From NCBI RefSeq assembly GCF_009914755.1, contig NC_060932.1: a stretch of DNA of 64,000 nucleotides; one strand, given 5' to 3'. A program made the position numbers and the translations under genes. The notes under the pieces are model-generated. The model did no database searches. It had not been told where the DNA came from and saw nothing but the letters and a program-made list of their open reading frames with translations. Position 1 is the first letter of the stretch. Every line of letters starts with the position of its first letter. Positions 55,425 to 64,000 of the stretch are shown in pieces. Source of the stretch: the human T2T-CHM13v2.0 reference genome, Homo sapiens.

Positions 55425-56238
55425 ATTAAAGGAAACTTATGCTGACCAAAAATGAAGGCTTTAAAAAATATTGCATACCAGTCATTTCAACATCCTACCT
55501 AGTGTTACATGATTTTTGTGTAAGTGCCTTTTTTTTTAAAGATGGTGTATTTCAAAGTATTTCATATTAATGTACTATATCTACTTGAAGTTCCAATAGT
55601 ACATTATGACAGAAACCAAAAGATCTAACAATTCTGCTTAGCTTTTTGGTTAAGACTCCATGCTTTCATTACCAGAAAAGGGTCTTACGTAGTCATTATG
55701 ATTCATGGAATTCTATTCCATGAAGCCTTAAGAAAAAAAACTTTTTTTAACTTTCCCTGAAACTTTATCATTTGATAAGTAAATTTACTTTTCAAGAAGA
55801 GTATAACCAAAGAGTAAAGATAATGTGACACTAAGTTATCAATATTTTATGAATACACATAAGGCATAAATTTCAGCTGTAAAAAAGCTACATTCAATCT
55901 GACTCTGGTTTTAAAACAAAACTGCTGTCATAATTATACATGATACTGCAACTTTTGGAAGGCTAATTTGGTGGAATGTTGCCTCATCATAGAACACCAT
56001 AGATCATTAAAAATTCTATAAAAATTTTACCAAGCTACCATATAGTTAATAAAAGGGTATACAGTCACTTTTATTTCTGAAAATATAAAACATTGAGCCT
56101 TTCAGTGTATCTGATGCTTCTCTTTTGGTAAGGAATACTTTTATTTCATGGATCCCAGGCAGGCATATAAAAGTTACGGAATTTATAAAATCATTTGGGA
56201 TAATTAGAAAATGCAATTATTCATAACAGAAAAATAAA
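55425..56238 (+). terminator. Candidate CIBAR1 polyadenylation signals
   Basis: ATTAAA at 55425-55430, AATAAA at 56048-56053 and 56233-56238; which is used cannot be determined here. Confidence 0.45.
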
Positions 56239-56899
56239 GACTTTCTAGAAAGCTTCTGACTTTGTCAATCATGGCTCTGTTCTTAACAAAGCACTCCTTC
56301 CTGAGAATAGTCCTAAGTGACAAAGTTGTTTCAGTACTTTTTTGTAAAATATTTAAAACATTTTAAAACCCTAAATTGATATTCTTAAGAAACTCAAGAT
56401 ATCATTGGATATTTACTGCTTCCTCACTCAGTATTTAAATTTGGTTGTACTTCGGGGGAAAACAACAGAGTTATTATTTTGCTGCTTACTAAATAGCAAC
56501 TTCTCTTGAGCATTATTTGCCTTGTTTGTCAAGTTAAAACTGCGTAAAACAGTAATTCTGGAATAAAACATACATTCTGCCTACCTCAAAGAAATATTCT
56601 AAGAACAAAAGGAATACTATCCATGAAAATACTTTCATTAATGTAAAATTTTCATTATTTAGACCAGCCTAGGTTGGCAAACTTCTTAAAGGGCCAGATA
56701 GCAAATACTGTTATTCTTCGTGGGTTTAGGCAAATTCAAGACTATTATACAGGTAACTATGTAACCATGTAAGACTTAAGTACACTTAAAAAATGTGAAA
56801 AACCATTCCTAGCTTCCACTACAACAACAACAAAAAACAGGCAACCAATCCAACCAACCCAGCCTGTAAGTCTCCATCTCTTATCTCCAAAATAGGAAT

Positions 56900-57134
56900 A
56901 CAAATTGAGTATCCTTTATCTGAAGTGCTTGGGACCAGAAGTATTTAAGACTTTGGATTTCTTCAGATTTTGGAGTATTTGCATTATACCAGTTCAACAT
57001 TCCTAACCCAAAAATCTGAAATCTTAAATGCTGCAATGAGCATTTTCTTTGAGCATCATGTTGGCACTCAAAAAGTTTGTGATTTTCGGAGCATGTGAAA
57101 TTTCAGATTACCAGATTAGGAATACTCGACCTGT
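56900..57134. mobile_element. Tigger4a/MER46-like DNA transposon relic
   Basis: Terminal inverted repeats 'ttgagtatcc' and 'ggaatactcgacctg'; 'gtgcttgggaccagaagt'. Confidence 0.7.
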
Positions 57135-57883
57135 AGTACATTTACTAGGATTATCAGAATTAAATGATAGTTAATTCATACATAATTATACATCATATAG
57201 TATCTAATACAGCTCAATAAACAACAGCTAATATTTACTGCAAAAACAGAGGCAGCAAGGTCACTACTTAACAGGTGATATATGGATCAAGAATCACTGC
57301 TCTTAACAGTGATCTCAGTAAATTAATAGAAATGCACTCCTAACATGATTTTTACCTATCTCTTGGTTGTGGGATTGACTTTCTAGACATGATCTACATT
57401 TTTTTAGATAATTTCTAGACAAAAATGTTTGGCTTTAAGACAAATGCCACTGGGTATCAGGCTAGAGAATACACCTCCAGTGTACCTGGTATACCTTGAG
57501 GATAGGAGAGGAAAAACTGGCTATGAGACGACAATTACTGAAGCTGAGTGATGTGTACATGAAAATTTACTATTCTTTTTTTATATTTGAAATTGATGAG
57601 GTGCTGGGAAGCTGGCTTTCTGAGGGGACAACAGGAGGGGAATTCCTTGATTTGCTGCATTTATCACTTTCCATGGTGTAAAATACTCCTGCCATGGCCA
57701 ATTTGTTATTGACATATCACTATAAAGGCAGAGTTGGAGAGAGATGTGCAAAGATGGCTCCCAACTAGAAGATACCACTTTCTGTAATCAACTTTTTATA
57801 ATGAAGTTTAAAAATATTAAGCCCTGATACATTATAGGGTAAAAGGAAATATTCATATAAATTAATTTAAAAATCAAAATACA

Positions 57884-58175
57884 AGGCTGGGCACAGTGGC
57901 TCACACCTGTAATCCCAACACATTCTGGGAGACCAAGGAGTGAGGATTGCTTGAGGCCAGAAATTTGAGAACAGCCTGGGCAACACAGTGAGACTCTGTC
58001 TCTACAAATAATAAAAAATTTAGCCAGACAAGGTGGCACACACCTGTAGTCCCAGCTCTCAGGAGGCTGAGGCAGGAAGACAGCTTGAGCCCAGGAGTTA
58101 GAAGCTGCAGTGAACCATTATCAGACCACTGCACTCCAGCCTGGCCAGCAGAACAAGACTCTGACTCTTAAAATA
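57884..58175 (+). mobile_element. AluJ-like element
   Basis: Diverged Alu consensus. Confidence 0.85.
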
Positions 58176-59074
58176 ATAAAACTACAAAGCTTATGTTTAC
58201 TCTAGCTGGCCTCTTATCTACCACCACCATCCCACCTCAGCCCAGTTTGAAATGCAATTCCACAGTAAGTAATCCCTCACGTTAAGCTTCATCTTAGCTT
58301 TATTCCTTTGTATCTGAGAAGCATTTTTTAACTTTCCATATATTATTCAAAATGGGTGACCAAATGAACCATCTATACAATCTTTGCTCAATTAAAAATA
58401 TCATTTCTACTTTCTTCATTGTGCTTGGTTTGGATATTCCAAACAATCAATTTAACATTATCCTAGCTACTTACAAGCTTATACTTTAAAGAATCATACT
58501 GAGGTGCTTTTTCATATCAAATTTACCTGTTTATTCATTCCATAGCAAGCAGGATATTCACTATTTAAAACAAATTTAAGCAGATTTCTGTTAGATTTCT
58601 TTAAATCACTGAAAAGTAACACAAAAATACATATAGGTAGTAACTAAGTACTGACAAAGTATTCTACCTATGCAATATCCTATTAAATGTCTAAATTACC
58701 ATATGTAAATTTAATTGTATTATTTACTCAATGGGGAAAATCTGGATTACAGAACTGAGGAAAATTATGTTTTATGTAAATTATAAAAGGCCAAAGTCAA
58801 TCATGTTGAATAAAATAATTTTGAAATATAAGCCAGTAATATACCATATGAGTATCCCAAGAGAAACCCTGGATAGAAAGAAACTTTTAAAGTCACTCTT
58901 TTTTTTTTTATTAGTAATGTTAATGTTTGAGCTCAGTGTTTGAGCATGCTGGTTTTACCTATTTATGCTAATTTTAAACCAACAATTGAAGTGAGAAAAT
59001 AATCATTTATCCTTGAAAGTATCTTTAGCATGGTCTTCCTAATTAAAAATACCACTTAAAAAAGTGAGGCAGCA

Positions 59075-59310
59075 AAAGCATGAACTGGAGTCAGTGGTCT
59101 GTCTGGGTTAAAATTGGCCCCACGATTTACTACCTATGACTTCAAGCAAGTTGCTTAACCTCGCACTTCATCCCACTTCATTATCTCATTTGTGAAATAG
59201 AGGTAAATAATTAACCCTGTACTCACAGGGAATACCGAGATTATGCATGTAAAGTGCTTACAGTGCCTAGCACATAGTAAGTGCCTAATAAATGTTAGCC
59301 ATAAATATTA
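59075..59310 (+). mobile_element. MIR SINE
   Basis: 'ctggagtcag...ctgggtt...gcaagttgcttaacctc...gtaaagtgctta...gcacatagtaagtg'. Confidence 0.75.
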
Positions 59311-60412
59311 TTGTGGGTATAGAAAATCAAATTCCCTAGTTGCAAAATGTATGCACTAAATGCTGAATATCAAAGAAGTCAAAATTCAACCACACAAGTC
59401 TTAACAGTTATAGAGTCTTTGCATGGACACAGTTTCGAAGCTAAAAAATGAGAACCTAATATTACATGCAAGTTATGTGACTCATCAGTAAATTCTTCCT
59501 AGAAAAACAAACTATACCACTTGTCAGATTCTTCCAGCATAAGCCTGAGTCCCCTTGCACCTATAATTAGATTCTTATTTTACTATCTTTTGTGTATCTT
59601 GTATTAATTTTACTTGGTTGATAAGATGTTGAAGAAACCATGGAATTATACACAGCACTATACATTATTACTATAGAATGTCTGGTCCCTCCCATCATAA
59701 ATATGGTTTAATGAAGTTATTGAAAAACTTCACAATATCGAGCTGCAATTCTTTTTTCTTTTTATACAAATACAAGTTAATTAGCTCTATTAAGTTGCAA
59801 TTTTATTTTTATAAAGCTTTGTAAAGTTACGAACATGGAAACCCTAAGAATCACCTAAGCTTTTTACATAAGTAAATTTCAAGTTGACAGTCTGTCCATT
59901 TTGAACTATTTATAATTAACAGGACACTTAACACAGTAATATCTTAGACAAGGAAGAGGGCATTAATTCTGCAGGCAGGTAGCAATGAAAATGCCAAACC
60001 TGAACAATCAGTCACTATTTCCTTATACAGTTTGAGTAAAAGAGGTAGACTACAGAAAGAAAAAAAAAAGTGAATATAAAATGTATCTTCCCCAAATACA
60101 ACTCTACTTCAATAAGTCTTGAAGATTACCGATGACATCAACAAAAATGAATGAACTCAGGGAATTAGTTCTTTCTCCCCATCAAAGAAAAAAACAGCAT
60201 GTGTAATTTTAAATTTGAAAAAAAAAAAGAATGGCAATTTGCAAGCAAAAGAAAACCAGATTCACATTCTACTATTTACATTTGTTCTATTCACAGGTCA
60301 AAAATAAAATATTTCATTAGATAATTTAAAAAAAAAACACTTTTTTAAAACAAATGTATTTTACTCCATCAATACTGCAAGGAAGATAACTGAATTTAGA
60401 AATGCTCTCTCT

Positions 60413-63400
60413 CTACAGCAAAGTTAACTTAACTTTTCGGGGCCCAACTGGCCTATCATTTAGATCTTTAATAGCAGCCATAGCTTCATTATAGTTTATC
60501 ATAGCAACAATGGCTTCCCCTGTAGGTAAGCCTTGCTCATTATACTGTATCGAAACTGAATCAGGTATGATTCTGTAACCATGGAAAAAGTCTAAAATTT
60601 CATTCACATTAGCTTTAAATGGAAGATTCATTATCTTAATAGGAGTTACTCTACCTGAACCACAATTTATTTTTGGATCAGGCATAAATCTCCCCTCAGG
60701 AAAACTTCCCATATTATGCTTTCCAAAATCAAACTTGCCACCTTCTGGGCGACCAAAATTCACAAAAGGGCGGTGACTTCTAAAATCATCAGGCGGGCTC
60801 CTAAAATCCTCACCAGGAGGTCTAAAATTGTCAGGAAGTCTAGGGTCCTCCTCCGGAGCTTCCCTAAGGTCTTCCTCTGGGAGCTGCCTGAAGTCCTCAT
60901 CAGAAGGGCATCTAAAATCTTCCTCCTGGGGGCTCCTGAAGTCCTCATCAGGAGGGTGCCTAAAGTCTTCATCAGGAGGGCCCCTGAAGTCTTCATCTGG
61001 TGGGTGCCTGAAATCTTCCTCTCGGGAGCGCCTGAAATGCTCCTGAGGCGGCCGCCTGAAATGCTCCTGGGGCGGTCTCCGGAAGTGCTCCGGGGGCGGG
61101 CGCCTGAAATGCTCTGGGGGTGGCCGCCTGAAGTGCTCTGGGGGTGGCCGCCGGAAGTGCTCTGGGGGAGGCCGCCTAAAATGCTCTGGAGGTGGTCTCC
61201 GGAAATGCTCTGGGGGTGGCCGACGGAAATGCTCCTGAGGTGGCCTCCGGAAATGCTCCTGGGGTGACTGCCTGAAGTCCTCCTCAGGGGAATGCCTGAA
61301 ATCCTCCTCTGGGGGCCGCCTGAAGTCATCCTCGGGTGGTCGCCTCCATTCTCCCTGAAGAGGCCGCCTAAAGTCCTCCTCTGGGGGCCGTCTCCAGTCC
61401 TCCTCAGGTGGCCGCCTGAAATCTTCCTCTGGGAGCCACCTTAAGTCCTCCTCAGGGGGTTGCCTGAAGTCCTCCTCGGGGAGCTGCCTGAAGTCCTCCG
61501 TGGGAGACCGCCTGAAATCCTCCTCCAGTGGCCGCCTCCAGTCCTCCTCAAGGGGCCTCCTCCAGTCCTCCTCCCTAGGGTGCCTGAAGTCATCCTCCGG
61601 AGGGCGCCTGAAATCTTCCTCCCAAGGGCGCCTGAAGTCCTCCTCAGAAGGCCGCCTGAAGTCTTCCTCCCTAGGTCGCCTGAAGTCCTCTGGGGAGTGC
61701 CTGAAGTCCTCCGGGGGGAACCTAAAGTCCTCTGAGGAGTGTCGGAAGTCTTCTGGAGGGTGCCTGTCAGGCTGCCGGAAATCCCTCTGGGGATGCTTGA
61801 AGTTATCCAGTTGCCTCAAGTCCTCTAGCTGATGTCTAAAGTTTTCAAAAGCACCAACTGAGTATATTGGTGGGTCTTTTGAGTCAAATAAATGGGAATG
61901 GTCACCTCGCTCACGTGACTGTGAGCGAGCTTGCATTTTTTCACTGGACATCACAGAAAAATTTACACCAAACTCCTGTATTTGTGCCTCAGATATAAGT
62001 CTTAATAACACCTCTGTCCCTAGGAATCTTCGTCGGTTTAAACGTTCAGCTTTCATGGCCTGTTCTTCTGATTTAAATTTCACTAATGCTTCTCCCAGAC
62101 CAACACCTTTGTCATCATAAAGCAAGTAAATGTCATCCTCAGCAAGAAGAAAGTCTGCAAAGAACTTCTGCACTTCAACTTTTGTAACATCAAATGGAAA
62201 ATTTCTTATATAGATGCACAGTTTCTGGCCAGAGTTACCTTCTTGAGAGTATTTTTGTGAAACATGTCCGGGCCTATCTCTCTCTAGTGACCCTGATCTC
62301 TTCTTTTCATAACGTGCAATGAACTTCAGCATTTGTTTTCTAGAAATTGGATCAATATGAACTGGACGATATTGTAAAACAGTCTTATGTAAACTCAGAG
62401 CGGTATTATAGTCTTTCAGAGTCTTGAACATCACAAAGGCATATCTTGTTCTATTTTCATCTTTATATAAAAACCTAATCTGTTCATCAGTCAGATCAGT
62501 ACCTCTAAAGAAATTTCTTAAATCTCTTTCGTCAATACTGAGGGACAGATTTTTTAAGTGAACATAAAATCCAAGAGGGGAACGAGAACGTGTTCTTCTG
62601 GGAGATTTTGAATGAGACCGTTTTCGAAAATGTCTATCATTAATTCCTCTTGGTGGAGAATGTTCTTCAGATCTCCTAAGAACGTCACCCTCCTTAACTG
62701 CATTACCACCAAACTCAATCCACTGTTGTTCTGATCCTTGCATTACTTCTATAAATCTTGAACCCATAAAACTTCTATGACATTTAAGACCTCCTGAAGC
62801 ATCAACACATGAAGCAAATTTTACTATGGCATCACCATTATTTCGGCCATCATGATGTTTTAAGAAAATTACTCCATCCACGCACAAACCAGAGAAAAAG
62901 ACACGTACATCATCTTCATTTACTAGGTAAGGCAAACCTCGTAGAAACAAGTAAGGATTCTCGGCCTTCAATGGCCTTGTCTTTCTTGGCCTTAAATTAC
63001 CATGTCCTGTACCATTAGTATGAAACCCAGCATCTTGATTAATTGAAGAGCCATATCCAGAATTACTTGCTTCTTCCTTAACAGACTCAATAAAATTAGA
63101 CAGGCTGTCAACCCCTGATGTCCCAGATCCTGGACGCCCTCTTCCTACACGATCAGTTCTTTTCATTTCTATAGTCTTCTGCATTTCTGCCTTGCTACTA
63201 AGAAAGAGCTCTACAGATGAATCCTTGATAAACCCTCCTGAACGACTTATGGCACGTCTTGCATCTTCATCTGTTGCAAAAATAATAAAAGCCTCCCCAA
63301 TTTCCCCTCCAATTATATGCACTCCTCCATCAGGAATAGTCAATCCCGTGAAGAAGTGACGAATATCCACAGGCCCCGCAATAAAAGGAAGCCCCAGTAA

Positions 63401-63418
63401 ACGGATGACTACAGCCAT
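60413..63418 (-). CDS. RBM12B: RNA-binding protein 12B: multi-RRM protein of 1001 aa, whole CDS in one exon
   Basis: ATG at 63418 (MAVVIRLLGLPF...); RRM motifs (YLFLRGLPY, IYIRNFPF, IKIMNLPF); splice acceptor ctgcAG at 63447-63448, 28 nt upstream of the ATG; TAG at 60413-60415. Confidence 0.97.
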   Translation of the reverse strand: MAVVIRLLGLPFIAGPVDIRHFFTGLTIPDGGVHIIGGEIGEAFIIFATDEDARRAISRSGGFIKDSSVELFLSSKAEMQKTIEMKRTDRVGRGRPGSGTSGVDSLSNFIESVKEEASNSGYGSSINQDAGFHTNGTGHGNLRPRKTRPLKAENPYLFLRGLPYLVNEDDVRVFFSGLCVDGVIFLKHHDGRNNGDAIVKFASCVDASGGLKCHRSFMGSRFIEVMQGSEQQWIEFGGNAVKEGDVLRRSEEHSPPRGINDRHFRKRSHSKSPRRTRSRSPLGFYVHLKNLSLSIDERDLRNFFRGTDLTDEQIRFLYKDENRTRYAFVMFKTLKDYNTALSLHKTVLQYRPVHIDPISRKQMLKFIARYEKKRSGSLERDRPGHVSQKYSQEGNSGQKLCIYIRNFPFDVTKVEVQKFFADFLLAEDDIYLLYDDKGVGLGEALVKFKSEEQAMKAERLNRRRFLGTEVLLRLISEAQIQEFGVNFSVMSSEKMQARSQSRERGDHSHLFDSKDPPIYSVGAFENFRHQLEDLRQLDNFKHPQRDFRQPDRHPPEDFRHSSEDFRFPPEDFRHSPEDFRRPREEDFRRPSEEDFRRPWEEDFRRPPEDDFRHPREEDWRRPLEEDWRRPLEEDFRRSPTEDFRQLPEEDFRQPPEEDLRWLPEEDFRRPPEEDWRRPPEEDFRRPLQGEWRRPPEDDFRRPPEEDFRHSPEEDFRQSPQEHFRRPPQEHFRRPPPEHFRRPPPEHFRRPPPEHFRRPPPEHFRRPPPEHFRRPPPEHFRRPPQEHFRRPPQEHFRRSREEDFRHPPDEDFRGPPDEDFRHPPDEDFRSPQEEDFRCPSDEDFRQLPEEDLREAPEEDPRLPDNFRPPGEDFRSPPDDFRSHRPFVNFGRPEGGKFDFGKHNMGSFPEGRFMPDPKINCGSGRVTPIKIMNLPFKANVNEILDFFHGYRIIPDSVSIQYNEQGLPTGEAIVAMINYNEAMAAIKDLNDRPVGPRKVKLTLL
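60770..61790 (-). repeat. Coding 24-nt (8-aa) tandem repeat in RBM12B: (EEDFRRPP)n / (EHFRRPPP)n
   Basis: Periodicity visible in both the DNA and the translation. Confidence 0.95.
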
Positions 63419-63932
63419 GCTGAGCTCAAACCACAGCAATAATGACCTGCAGACAAAAAGGTACACATAATAGCAAGTCTTATTTTTGAAGTACCTTAGC
63501 CCAAACTAAGCTTAATAATTACCTGGTTCCTGCTTTCTTCAACATTTATAAATGAAAACAAGATACAAGTTCACAAAAATACTGATCATATCTAATTATT
63601 AAAGAAAACAAGGGATAAACTTTCTCCCATCTAAAAATACAAATAAACCAACTACCTTGAAGAAACATTTCGTATCACCTATTCTATACAATAGGAACAT
63701 CAAAAATATCAAATCTTCCTTTGTAAGTCTGCCAAATGCTGCTTCACAAGACCAAACTACTTTCAGACTCATTTAGAATCTTATCTTCTACTGAAACATG
63801 AGAGCTTTGTAGATTATTTTATCAACTGCAATGAATTTTACATATTTAGAAAAGTCATCTATGGTTAGTATATAATTTCTGCTCATGATAATAAATTGCC
63901 TACCACTGGCCAGACACAGAGAACAAAAGCCA

Positions 63933-64000
63933 GGGCCAGCATGATAGCTCATGCCTGTAATTCCAGGCTTTGGAAGGCCAAGGCAAGAGGATCGCTTGAG
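63933..64000 (+). mobile_element. Start of an Alu, cut by the window end
   Basis: 'ggccagcatgatagctcatgcctgtaattccagg...gaggatcgcttgag'. Confidence 0.8.

Noticed and set aside
60716-61832. Antisense ORFs (183, 72, 91 and 110 aa) over RBM12B
   Set aside because: They are shadows of the 24-nt coding repeat, with no independent evidence.
63419-63466. 16-aa N-terminal extension of RBM12B in the ORF track (1017 aa)
   Set aside because: It starts at GTG within the intron, upstream of the splice acceptor at 63447-63448; the real start is the ATG at 63418.

Overview
This is Alu-dense primate genomic DNA, apparently human 8q22.1, and not a prokaryotic locus. It holds the complete 9-exon CIBAR1 (FAM92A1) gene on the + strand: 870 nt of spliced CDS, 289 aa, with a CpG-island promoter carrying an RFX X-box. 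Convergent with it on the - strand is the single coding exon of RBM12B (1001 aa, with an internal 24-nt tandem repeat). The first 27 kb is mostly Alu, L1, L2, MIR, LTR and MER elements, plus a 57-bp satellite-like array and a tailless 5S rRNA retropseudogene with target-site duplications (TSDs). The most interesting signal is the splicing module around CIBAR1 exons 4-6: a TACTAAC branch point without a pyrimidine tract, a U12-type GT-AG intron, a 6-nt microexon, and competing U2 sites nested in the minor intron. A near-perfect inverted repeat with 43-bp arms in intron 7 is also notable. Most short ORFs in the ORF track are Alu, L1 or microsatellite artefacts. Repeat boundaries and subfamily calls were made by eye and are approximate. 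I cannot establish from sequence alone that any finding is previously undescribed.
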